Virus record (IMG/VR): IMGVR_UViG_3300047476_000521 | Span: 72,103-136,102 of that record | DNA: 64,000 nucleotides | Source: a virus | Reading direction: 5' to 3' (one strand) | Shown here: positions 30,540 to 37,192 of the stretch, in pieces | Layout of the letters: each line of letters begins with the position of its first letter | Numbering within the stretch: the first letter of the stretch is position 1 | The notes under the pieces: generated by a model | Database searches by the model: none | Told to the model about the DNA's origin: nothing | What the model saw: only the letters and a program-made list of their open reading frames with translations | Program-made: the position numbers and the translations under genes

Positions 30540-30937
30540 ATGAACTTTTAGATTCTCTAATTGAGGTGAAGATCGCCGAAGAAGAAGATTTTCTCAAAAT
30601 CAAAGAAACCCTAACACGTATCGGTGTGGCTTCTCGTAAAGAGAAGAAGCTCTATCAGTCCTGTCATATATTCCATAAGCAGGGTAAATATTACATTGTT
30701 CATTTTAAAGAGATGTTTAGTATAGATGGTAAGCCATCTAATTTCTCTGATGAAGATAAGGGACGACGTAATAAAATCATTCAGTTACTCCAAGAATGGG
30801 GTCTGTTAAAGGTAGTAGAACCAGAACGTATTACTGAGCCACTAGCTTCCATGAGTCAGATTAAGATTATTAATCACAAAGAAAAGCATGAATGGAATCT
30901 AGAAGCTAAATATAACATGGGTCGTAAGAAGAAGTAA
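30536..30937 (+). CDS. regA: Translational repressor RegA
   Basis: DFLKIKETLTRIG.AS....LYQSCHI.HKQG.YYIVHFKE. Confidence 0.96.
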   Translation: MNELLDSLIEVKIAEEEDFLKIKETLTRIGVASRKEKKLYQSCHIFHKQGKYYIVHFKEMFSIDGKPSNFSDEDKGRRNKIIQLLQEWGLLKVVEPERITEPLASMSQIKIINHKEKHEWNLEAKYNMGRKKK

Positions 30938-30952
30938 CTGAAGGAATATATT

Positions 30953-31300
30953 ATGTGGCCATTTAAAATTGTAAAAAAGAATAATACTCCTGCCGAAGAA
31001 AGACTTGAACAGATTAAGGATATACTTTTTCCGCCAAGTAAGCTAAATGAAGAATTAGATAAAGACGGTAGTATTTTCAAATGGCAAGTAGATTATTCTG
31101 CCGATATGAATCTAGATGCTGCGTTGACGGACCTAGAAGAAGGTATTAACGATCCTGCAGTTCATAATACTATAAGAGATATTTCAAAAAGACTTTCTAG
31201 TATTAGAGAATTATTAGATGCTTACATGGAGTTACATCCAGAAGCCAAGTATATAATGGTCGAAAGCAGTAAGGATGATGTAGATGTCGGAAACCTCTGA
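30953..31300 (+). CDS. Hypothetical protein
   Basis: ORF with AAGGA RBS. Confidence 0.6.
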   Translation: MWPFKIVKKNNTPAEERLEQIKDILFPPSKLNEELDKDGSIFKWQVDYSADMNLDAALTDLEEGINDPAVHNTIRDISKRLSSIRELLDAYMELHPEAKYIMVESSKDDVDVGNL

Positions 31301-31466
31301 GAAATTAGAAGAAATTCCTGCTATTCTAGAGAGAATTATAGACTCTAGATTTAAATATTTACATGAATTGCGATTCGAAAATCATAGACTCGCGAGACAT
31401 ATACTCGAAAACGAATATAATCCTGAAGTAGAAAAAATAAAAAAGATCCTAGAAAATATCGCTTGA
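31284..31466 (+). CDS. Hypothetical protein
   Basis: Coupled ORF. Confidence 0.5.
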   Translation: MSETSEKLEEIPAILERIIDSRFKYLHELRFENHRLARHILENEYNPEVEKIKKILENIA

Positions 31467-31492
31467 CATTTTTCCGGATCTAGGGTAATATA
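31464..31492 (+). promoter_or_regulatory. Sigma70-like early promoter
   Basis: TTGACA-17 nt-TAATAT; shares TCTAGGGTAATATA with the promoter at ~37355. Confidence 0.6.
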
Positions 31493-31514
31493 AGCATACG
31501 ATAGGGAGAACTCT

Positions 31515-31940
31515 ATGTCTATGCATATTTTACCCGCCTTCTATACGACTACGAACACTCGTAAACGTAAGAAGAAGCCAGCAGCCAAGACTAAGCTCGT
31601 GTCAGATCACGATCGTTGGCTGATGAAGAACGGAGTCCATCCGGATCAAATCCGTTCGAAAAAAGATAAAAAAGTACTTGACAAAATGTGGCGTTCGGGT
31701 TATAATGATTCTATGATGGTTGATCGATCTACTCGCCACTACGACGACAAAGAGTTGGTCGCTGGTGATTGTTCTAAGCGAGATATTATGACCAATCTTC
31801 ATAAAGAACCAGAGCATGTGCAGGAGGAAATCCTCCGTAAAGCTTCTCTGGTTATGCCCCTCTATAACAAGGGCGGTTTACAGTATGCCGGTCCCAACGT
31901 TGATTTGACGACTGTAGGGACTAAATCTCGAAGAGGATAA
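31515..31940 (+). CDS. Hypothetical basic protein
   Basis: C-terminal PLYNKGGLQY motif; GGGAG RBS. Confidence 0.6.
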   Translation: MSMHILPAFYTTTNTRKRKKKPAAKTKLVSDHDRWLMKNGVHPDQIRSKKDKKVLDKMWRSGYNDSMMVDRSTRHYDDKELVAGDCSKRDIMTNLHKEPEHVQEEILRKASLVMPLYNKGGLQYAGPNVDLTTVGTKSRRG

Positions 31941-31941
31941 T

Positions 31942-32139
31942 ATGGCTCAGATTAAGCTAAGTGATGCGTTTATGAATGTTTCTGACAGTGTTACTGTCAA
32001 TCGATACGAGAATGGTTGGATGGTCGAGGTCTCTGGCAACGATCATAGCGACAGTTGGCAGAATAAAAAGTTTATCTTCTCTGACCTAAAAAATGTCTTG
32101 ACTTTTCTCGAAGAATATAGTAAGATTACTCTAAGCTAA
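31942..32139 (+). CDS. Hypothetical protein
   Basis: GAGG RBS; V.RYENGWMVEV.G motif. Confidence 0.6.
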   Translation: MAQIKLSDAFMNVSDSVTVNRYENGWMVEVSGNDHSDSWQNKKFIFSDLKNVLTFLEEYSKITLS

Positions 32140-32156
32140 GAAAAGGGGTTACGGAT

Positions 32157-32330
32157 ATGGACATGATCGAAATTCAGCTTCAGGATCAGACGGGCAACTG
32201 GCGTACGTATTCGTATACTCAAAATATTCCTCTCTTGTATCGGGATGGAATGCGCCAGCTGCAGTGGCAGTTTCCGGATGCTCGGATCCGTGCAGTTGAC
32301 TCTAATGGTCGTGTTGTAGATATCTTTTAA
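32157..32330 (+). CDS. Hypothetical protein (57 aa)
   Basis: MDMIEIQLQDQTGNWRTY...RIRAVDSNGRVVDIF*; AAGGGG RBS; below the ORF-track cutoff. Confidence 0.6.
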   Translation: MDMIEIQLQDQTGNWRTYSYTQNIPLLYRDGMRQLQWQFPDARIRAVDSNGRVVDIF

Positions 32331-32343
32331 TGGAGAATATATA

Positions 32344-32607
32344 ATGGTTCAGAATGCTACTAAGGTTGATAAGGTGTTCGAGGCTCTTGTTGCTCGTGGC
32401 GAGCAGCTAACAGCTCAGCAGATTAAGGCTCGTTATGGTGTCGCTAATCCGCATGATGCTGTTTACCAGATTCGTCAGATGGGTTATGCTATCTATCTAA
32501 ACGAGAGCAAGAATGCCAAGGGTGAGACTGTTGCTAAGTATCGTGCTGGTACTCCAAACCGCAAGCTAATTGCTGCTGGTTATCGAGCTCTGGCCGCTGG
32601 CCTTTAA
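32344..32607 (+). CDS. Small winged-helix/HTH DNA-binding protein
   Basis: LTA.QI...YGV.NP...VY.IR..GY.IY pattern; GGAG RBS. Confidence 0.6.
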   Translation: MVQNATKVDKVFEALVARGEQLTAQQIKARYGVANPHDAVYQIRQMGYAIYLNESKNAKGETVAKYRAGTPNRKLIAAGYRALAAGL

Positions 32608-32613
32608 TACAAC

Positions 32614-32689
32614 GCTGCTGTAGCTCAGTTGGTAGAGCAACTGATTAGTAATCAGTGGGTCGGGAGTTCGATTCTCTCTAGCAGCACCA
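32614..32689 (+). tRNA. tRNA-Thr(AGT), with rare A34 anticodon
   Basis: Full cloverleaf; anticodon stem ACTGA/TCAGT, loop TT-AGT-AA; encoded CCA. Confidence 0.9.
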
Positions 32690-32694
32690 GAATT

Positions 32695-32945
32695 CCACGG
32701 CAGACTTTGAATCTGTTTGTGGATTTGCAGAGAGCAAATAGCCGATGTGCATTCGATATGTTTCCGTAGAATGCATCCCGTCAAGGGTTGATAGGAGAGG
32801 GAAACACTGACTGCGAATAAGTGTATATCGGCCATTCCGGGTGTACATTTAGTTTAACAGGAATGGTGTAGTCTCATGTTGTCCGTCGGCATGGGATAAG
32901 ATTAAATTGGGTTGGAGATAATCCCCTGATAGGGCGGACCAATTT
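32695..32945 (+). ncRNA. Putative multi-hairpin ncRNA A, containing a tRNA-Gln anticodon-arm copy
   Basis: Consecutive hairpins (CCACGGCAGA/TCTGTTTGTGG; ATTTGC/GCAAAT; GCCGATGTGC..TTCG/CGAA..GTATATCGGC; CCATTCC/GGAATGG) between two tRNAs. Confidence 0.55.
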
Positions 32946-32946
32946 C

Positions 32947-33021
32947 GCTGGTAGGTCGGCAGGATGTCGAAACGCTCTCATAAGGCGTCTAAGGTTGGTT
33001 TGATCCCAACTACCAGCACCA
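32947..33021 (+). tRNA. tRNA-Met(CAT), atypical D arm
   Basis: GCTGGTA/TACCAGC acceptor, loop CT-CAT-AA, CCA. Confidence 0.8.
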
Positions 33022-33184
33022 ATGTTACTGCGTCAACGGATTAGACTACGGTTCGAAACGTTGACAGTAATGTGTTGTAAAGTTAGCAAAGGTGACCGGA
33101 GAGACCGTAAAAAGGTCTCGTATGGGATCCAGGTTCCGGTTGCAAAGTCCGGTCATTATGCTAATCCGTTGACGCAGTAACATT
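33021..33184 (+). ncRNA. Putative ncRNA B closed by a perfect 24-bp inverted repeat
   Basis: AATGTTACTGCGTCAACGGATTAG (33021-33044) / CTAATCCGTTGACGCAGTAACATT (33161-33184); internal TGACCGGA/TCCGGTCA and GAGACC/GGTCTC stems. Confidence 0.65.
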
Positions 33185-33186
33185 AT

Positions 33187-33262
33187 GGACCGATAGCTCA
33201 GTTGGTAGAGCAGCCGACTCTTAATCGGCTTGTCGTGGGTTCGATCCCCTCTCGGTCTACCA
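33187..33262 (+). tRNA. tRNA-Lys(CTT)
   Basis: Cloverleaf, loop CT-CTT-AA, CCA. Confidence 0.93.
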
Positions 33263-33264
33263 TA

Positions 33265-33348
33265 TTGATACACAACAACGGGACGCCGACCTCAAGGAAG
33301 CGGGTATGGAGATAGCTACCAGATACGTGGAGAGGCGTTGTGTATCAA
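33265..33348 (+). ncRNA. Putative ncRNA C closed by a 12-bp inverted repeat
   Basis: TTGATACACAAC/GTTGTGTATCAA spanning the Lys-Lys spacer. Confidence 0.55.
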
Positions 33349-33357
33349 GTTTTATAT

Positions 33358-33433
33358 GGACCCATAGCTCAATAGGTAGAGTACTGGACTTTTAATCCAT
33401 GTGATCTCAGTTCAAATCTGAGTGGGTCTACCA
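33358..33433 (+). tRNA. tRNA-Lys(TTT)
   Basis: Cloverleaf, loop CT-TTT-AA, CCA. Confidence 0.9.
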
Positions 33434-33484
33434 AAATTTATAAATTTATAAATAAGCAAAAGGCGTCAGTTTATGAGGTATTAG

Positions 33485-33877
33485 ATGCATTGCTTAAATT
33501 GTGGTAAAGAAATAAAAGTTGGAAAATATTGCAATAATAAATGTCAAGGCGAACTCAGAACCAAAAAACTATTACAAGAATGGTTTGATGGAAACGATGA
33601 AGGTTATAAAGCAGGATTGAGGATTAAATCGCATATAAGAAACTATATGTTAGAGAAATCTAATTATAGTTGTTCAGAATGTGGTTGGGATAAAATCAAT
33701 CCAATTACAGGTAAAACGCCATTAGAAATCGATCATATAGATGGTGATTGTAAAAATTGTAAAGAAGATAACCTTAAAGTTCTTTGTCCAAACTGTCATT
33801 CATTGACGCCTACTTGGAAAGCTTTGAATAAAGGCAAAGGAAACAAAGAAAGACATAAGTACTCTAAACTAATATAG
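33485..33877 (+). CDS. HNH endonuclease within the tRNA array
   Basis: CxxC, LEIDHIDG...N....NL..LCPNCH; TATAAATA at 33447-33454. Confidence 0.88.
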   Translation: MHCLNCGKEIKVGKYCNNKCQGELRTKKLLQEWFDGNDEGYKAGLRIKSHIRNYMLEKSNYSCSECGWDKINPITGKTPLEIDHIDGDCKNCKEDNLKVLCPNCHSLTPTWKALNKGKGNKERHKYSKLI

Positions 33878-33886
33878 GTGAGTGTC

Positions 33887-34087
33887 ATGAAGCGCAAGTA
33901 TACATTTATGGAAATGGTTGATCTTTCGTATTCTGAACATTATCGTGAGTATCTTCGCCATCTTTGGTGGCCTCATGGATATCGTCATAATAAAGAAGTT
34001 CAAGAAAAGATTCTAAACAACTTGGTTAGGGATCTTTTTGGATTTGATGAATACCTTGATCAGTATTTCTTGAGTCTTGCAGTATAA
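33887..34087 (+). CDS. Hypothetical protein
   Basis: ORF after the HNH gene. Confidence 0.45.
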   Translation: MKRKYTFMEMVDLSYSEHYREYLRHLWWPHGYRHNKEVQEKILNNLVRDLFGFDEYLDQYFLSLAV

Positions 34088-34098
34088 ATAAAGTTTTT

Positions 34099-34174
34099 GG
34101 GGGATTAGCTCAGTTGGGAGAGCGTCTGATTTGCATTCAGAAGGCCATCGGTTCGATCCCGGTATCCTCCACCA
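34099..34174 (+). tRNA. tRNA-Ala(TGC)
   Basis: Cloverleaf, G3:U70, CCA; TATAAATA at 34083-34090. Confidence 0.95.
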
Positions 34175-34176
34175 AG

Positions 34177-34312
34177 TTTCGGGTGCATACGTAGCCACAT
34201 ACCTGTCAGCACGTAGCGACAGGAGCGCATTTGTGGTGCAAGTATATACGGCTAGCCACGGCGCTGCACAAATGTGGAGAAGAGACGAATGTGTGTCCTC
34301 GTCTGCCCGAAA
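34177..34312 (+). ncRNA. Putative ncRNA D (multi-branch, possible pseudoknot)
   Basis: Closing TTTCGGGT/GCCCGAAA; internal CCTGTC/GACAGG, CATTTGTG/CACAAATG, AGACGA/TCGTCT. Confidence 0.55.
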
Positions 34313-34321
34313 ATTAACATT

Positions 34322-34397
34322 GGGGATGTAGCTCAATTGGGAGAGCGCAGCACTGTCACTGCTGAGGTAGCGAGATCGAAACTCGTCATTCCCGCCA
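34322..34397 (+). tRNA. tRNA-Asp(GTC)
   Basis: Cloverleaf, loop CT-GTC-AC, G73, CCA. Confidence 0.92.
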
Positions 34398-34406
34398 TTT
34401 TTGAAT

Positions 34407-34490
34407 ATGGGCGTCTATGGGGGTTCGACTCCCCAGCGGGCTTGCGACATAGATGAAAAAACAATGTTAGTTGCAACTGGCATTGCCCAT
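34407..34490 (+). ncRNA. Putative ncRNA E with an isolated T-arm
   Basis: ATGGGC/GCCCAT closing stem; GTCTATG/CATAGAT enclosing GGGG-TTCGACT-CCCC; AATGTTAGT/ACTGGCATT hairpin. Confidence 0.55.
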
Positions 34491-34503
34491 TTATTTTATG
34501 GTC

Positions 34504-34594
34504 TATAGAAAGATACATTCAGACATTTCCAATGCCGCTACTAAGAGAGTTGGAAACTGTTAGTAGGTCAGCATTCTGAGTGTATCTTTCTATG
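34504..34594 (+). ncRNA. Putative ncRNA F: 20-bp stem enclosing an H-type pseudoknot
   Basis: TATAGAAAGATACATTCAGA/TCTGAGTGTATCTTTCTATG (2 G-U pairs); TTTCCAA/TTGGAAA hairpin whose loop CTACTAA complements downstream TTAGTAG. Confidence 0.6.
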
Positions 34595-34602
34595 GTCCCA
34601 TA

Positions 34603-35172
34603 TCAGACTCGTTCCCAACCGTATTTTTTATACGCAGGAACTTGATTTCTTTTTATTGTTTTAAATTTACCATTTTTAGTTATTTGAACTTGACTATAAG
34701 TAGGATTTGGGTTTTTGGTTCTTGTTTTAGCTGCAGCTAAACCGCCTTTTCTTCCTCTTTCTACTCTTTCTTCTTTGGAAATTTTGTTAAATGTTTGTCT
34801 GTCTCTATATTTTTTACATTGCCATAACAGTTTCATCGAATCAGATATAGATTTTCTTCTTCTATCCTCTGATACAGAGTCTTTTAAACATACTCTTGGT
34901 GATGATATTGCCTGGTTATAGAATTTAGGGTTAGAAACTGCTTTAACTCTTTGAAGAAACTTTGTTTCGTGGTTACGAGCTTCTTCGTATGTATTAAATT
35001 TTCTTCTAATTTTAAATAAAAAGTTTTCAACACCTTCAGACTCAATAAGTCTTTGGATTATTTTTGATGAAGAAAAGTATTGAACGCCAATATCATTTAT
35101 AGAAGATTTTCTGACACCGTAATAAATAATACCAGTAGTGATATGGACTATAGTGTAAGTGTACGCTTTCAT
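34603..35172 (-). CDS. GIY-YIG (SegB-like) homing endonuclease, antisense within the tRNA array
   Basis: YTY-x10-YYGVR, YFSSS, E..FL....A..NPKFYN; TATAAATA upstream on the minus strand. Confidence 0.85.
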   Translation of the reverse strand: MKAYTYTIVHITTGIIYYGVRKSSINDIGVQYFSSSKIIQRLIESEGVENFLFKIRRKFNTYEEARNHETKFLQRVKAVSNPKFYNQAISSPRVCLKDSVSEDRRRKSISDSMKLLWQCKKYRDRQTFNKISKEERVERGRKGGLAAAKTRTKNPNPTYSQVQITKNGKFKTIKRNQVPAYKKYGWERV

Positions 35173-35222
35173 ATTTTGCCTCGTTTGTATCTGCTGCTAT
35201 TATTTATAAGTTTTATGATCTT

Positions 35223-35314
35223 GGGCGTGACGCTGGGTAGCGGGGAGGCTCTTATAAAGCCTTTAGCATCAGATGGGTGTTCTTCAGTGGGTTCGAGTCC
35301 CACCATGCCTACCA
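35223..35314 (+). tRNA. Non-canonical tRNA with TAT anticodon (Ile-like) and long variable arm
   Basis: GGGCGTG/CATGCCT acceptor, AGGCT-CTTATAA-AGCCT anticodon arm, AGCATC/GGTGTT V-arm, GTGGG-TTCGAGT-CCCAC, CCA; reduced D arm. Confidence 0.75.
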
Positions 35315-35319
35315 ATTAT

Positions 35320-35410
35320 GGAGAGTTGGCCGAGTGGTCGAAGGCGGCTCACTGCTAACGAGTTGAACCCTAACACGGTTCCGAGAGTTCGAATCTCTCA
35401 CTCTCCGCCA
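35320..35410 (+). tRNA. tRNA-Ser(GCT)
   Basis: Type II cloverleaf, G73, CCA. Confidence 0.93.
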
Positions 35411-35411
35411 C

Positions 35412-35439
35412 TTGACTTTTTGACAGAAAACGGTATAAT
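35412..35439 (+). promoter_or_regulatory. Sigma70-like promoter inside the tRNA array
   Basis: TTGACT-16 nt-TATAAT; similar elements at ~35791, ~37355, ~37783 and ~39346. Confidence 0.6.
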
Positions 35440-35455
35440 GGTAATATGAGTTTAT

Positions 35456-35530
35456 GGCTCCTTCGTCTATCGGTTAGGACACAAGACTTTCAATCTTGGA
35501 AGAGGGGTTCGATTCCCCTAGGAGCTACCA
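35456..35530 (+). tRNA. tRNA-Glu(TTC)
   Basis: Cloverleaf, loop CT-TTC-AA, CCA. Confidence 0.93.
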
Positions 35531-35531
35531 A

Positions 35532-35756
35532 ATGAAATATCTACACGAAAAATATCCCTTTACTTTTGGTGTGATATTTTTTATAATATATTTCGCATTG
35601 GACTTTATTGATGCTAGATTTTTCATACCAAGAAAGATCGCTGAAGCAAGACAATGTGAGTTAGATGATAAGTGTAGAACTTGGATAAATATACACACGG
35701 AGGATGGCGTGCATGGTGCACACACAGTCTTGAAAACTGCGCCACCGAAAGGTTGA
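35532..35756 (+). CDS. Possible small membrane protein overlapping tRNA-Ser(TGA)
   Basis: MKYLHEKYPFTFGVIFFIIYFALDFI hydrophobic segment; 3' end runs into the tRNA. Confidence 0.35.
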   Translation: MKYLHEKYPFTFGVIFFIIYFALDFIDARFFIPRKIAEARQCELDDKCRTWINIHTEDGVHGAHTVLKTAPPKG

Positions 35757-35782
35757 TGGTTCGATTCCTTCATCCTCCGCCA
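35699..35782 (+). tRNA. tRNA-Ser(TGA)
   Basis: GGAGGAT/ATCCTCC acceptor, loop CT-TGA-AA, V-arm, G73, CCA. Confidence 0.85.
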
Positions 35783-35827
35783 CTTTTTTATTGACATCTT
35801 GACTAAATAAAGTATACTAGAGTTTAT

Positions 35828-35903
35828 TGCGGGTGGGAGGTATTAGTATCTTGTCGGTTTCATACGCCGATAGAAGTGGGGGCAGTTCCCACACCCGCTT
35901 CCA
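35828..35903 (+). tRNA. Initiator-like tRNA-Met(CAT) with atypical T-loop
   Basis: U1:U72 mismatch then GCGGGT/ACCCGC; loop TT-CAT-AC; T-loop GGCAGTT; U73-CCA. Confidence 0.7.
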
Positions 35904-35981
35904 GTATAGATACATATTCCTCAAACTGGATCCGCTATGCCGAAAGGTGCGAGGACAATGTGTGTCTTATGTGCCGTGCTT

Positions 35982-36076
35982 GGCCCGTCACGGGATATAA
36001 ATCTACGGGGTGCATGTCGATAGATGCGAGCAGTCCATTGCTTGTATTGTGCTATCTGACCGCTAACGGGCCTCCA
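35982..36076 (+). ncRNA. CCA-terminated tRNA-like RNA G with a Cys-type acceptor stem but no cloverleaf
   Basis: GGCCCGT/ACGGGCC-T-CCA followed by the GTTTAT trailer seen after real tRNAs; no T-loop or canonical anticodon arm. Confidence 0.55.
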
Positions 36077-36082
36077 GTTTAT

Positions 36083-36156
36083 ATCGGTGAAGTGTTACGG
36101 TAGCACATCTGTCTCCAAAACAGAGGGCGAGGGTTCGACTCCTTCCGCCGGTGCCA
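36083..36156 (+). tRNA. tRNA-Trp(CCA)
   Basis: Cloverleaf, loop CT-CCA-AA, G73, CCA. Confidence 0.92.
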
Positions 36157-36163
36157 GTTTTAT

Positions 36164-36240
36164 CGGGGTGTAGCTCAGTCTGGTAGAGTGCTTGCTTTGG
36201 GAGCAAGATGTCGTAGGTTCGAATCCTGCTACCCCGACCA
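36164..36240 (+). tRNA. tRNA-Pro(TGG)
   Basis: Cloverleaf, C1-G72, loop TT-TGG-GA, CCA. Confidence 0.95.
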
Positions 36241-36242
36241 TT

Positions 36243-36420
36243 TGATGTTGAATTGTTTCAATGGAAAGGTCTGTTGAAACACAGTTGGAGTCGAGATTTC
36301 AACCGCCAGGGCAGGCGTTCCAACAGCCCGACTGTTATGTGCCTTCCAGAGACCGTCTGCGTAGCGGGCGGAACCTTGCACACTAGGTTTTCTGTTTCCT
36401 GGGGAAGAAAAACAGACAGA
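36243..36420 (+). ncRNA. Putative multi-hairpin ncRNA H
   Basis: TGTTTCAA/TTGAAACA, GTTGGA/TTCAAC, CCGTCTGC/GCGGGCGG, TCTGTTT/AAACAGA hairpins in the Pro-Val spacer. Confidence 0.45.
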
Positions 36421-36425
36421 ATTAT

Positions 36426-36501
36426 GGACGATTAGCTCAGTTGGGAGAGCAACGCTTTTACACAGCGAAGGTCGGCAGTTCGAACCTGTCATCGTCTACC
36501 A
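36426..36501 (+). tRNA. tRNA-Val(TAC)
   Basis: Cloverleaf, loop TT-TAC-AC, CCA. Confidence 0.92.
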
Positions 36502-36502
36502 A

Positions 36503-36602
36503 TTCCAGTGAATCGCTGTGGACGCACAGAGGGGTTGCTGGCAGGGATACGCAGTAGTAGTATAAATGACCAGGGGGTAAACCTGCTACTAAACGATCCC
36601 GT
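36503..36602 (+). ncRNA. Putative ncRNA I
   Basis: CCAGTGA/TTGCTGG with CTGTG/CACAG; GGGAT/ATCCC enclosing AGTAGTAG/CTGCTACT. Confidence 0.45.
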
Positions 36603-36610
36603 AAGTTTAT

Positions 36611-36687
36611 GCCTCTGTAGTCCAACTGGAAGAGATGCCTGACTTAGAATCAGGAGGTTGTAAGTTCGAATCTTACCAGGGGCACCA
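36611..36687 (+). tRNA. tRNA-Leu(TAG), short variable loop
   Basis: Cloverleaf, loop CT-TAG-AA, 5-nt V-loop, A73, CCA. Confidence 0.88.
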
Positions 36688-36697
36688 TTATAAATAT

Positions 36698-36773
36698 GCT
36701 TGTTTGGTGTAGCTGCTGCGCACGTCCGTCTGAAGAACGGAAGGATCTAGTTGAATTCTAGGAACAAGCACCA
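36698..36773 (+). tRNA. tRNA-Phe(GAA), divergent D/T loops
   Basis: GCTTGTT/AACAAGC acceptor, loop CT-GAA-GA, CCA; TATAAATA at 36689-36696. Confidence 0.8.
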
Positions 36774-36795
36774 TCCTACGAAAAGGAAATATATC

Positions 36796-37008
36796 ATGAA
36801 CAACGAAAAAACGTTGTTTAGATTGAGAGCGGGTATTGTAGGAAAAGATAAGACTGTATCGGTATACTGCGATATGCCTGTGAAACCGAGAGACAACTGG
36901 ATCAATCTTGATCCCGGCGTTTATACATATGAGAGTTTGTTGTGTGAACGCATGTTGATTATTGTAAAGAATAAGAGTTTCCACGCTTCTTCTATGCCTA
37001 ATGGGTAG
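36796..37008 (+). CDS. Hypothetical protein
   Basis: AAGGA RBS before ATG 36796. Confidence 0.5.
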   Translation: MNNEKTLFRLRAGIVGKDKTVSVYCDMPVKPRDNWINLDPGVYTYESLLCERMLIIVKNKSFHASSMPNG

Positions 37009-37031
37009 ATAGCGCACCAGGAAACTTACTT

Positions 37032-37108
37032 GCCCTCGTAGCCCAACCGGCAGAGGCAGTTGACTCAAAATCAACCAAGTGTCAGTTCGAATCTGACCGA
37101 GGGCACCA
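37032..37108 (+). tRNA. tRNA-Leu(CAA), short variable loop
   Basis: Cloverleaf, loop CT-CAA-AA, CCA. Confidence 0.88.
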
Positions 37109-37109
37109 T

Positions 37110-37186
37110 GTCTCTGTAGCTCAACTGAATAGAGCATCGGTCTTCGAAACCGAGGGTTGTGGGTTTGAATCCTACCAGGGACTCCA
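37110..37186 (+). tRNA. tRNA-Arg(TCG)
   Basis: Cloverleaf, loop CT-TCG-AA, CCA. Confidence 0.88.
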
Positions 37187-37192
37187 GTTTAT

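Noticed and set aside
35828-35903. Possible two-piece tmRNA acceptor (GGCAG-type T-loop resembles alphaproteobacterial tmRNA)
   Set aside because: It has a complete anticodon arm with CAT, lacks G3:U70, and no tag reading frame was found.
36611-36687. Possible amber suppressor or stop-codon recoding (TAG in anticodon loops here and at 32646)
   Set aside because: Anticodon TAG reads CUA (Leu), and the loop at 32645-32651 is centred on AGT. Core genes are intact under the standard code.
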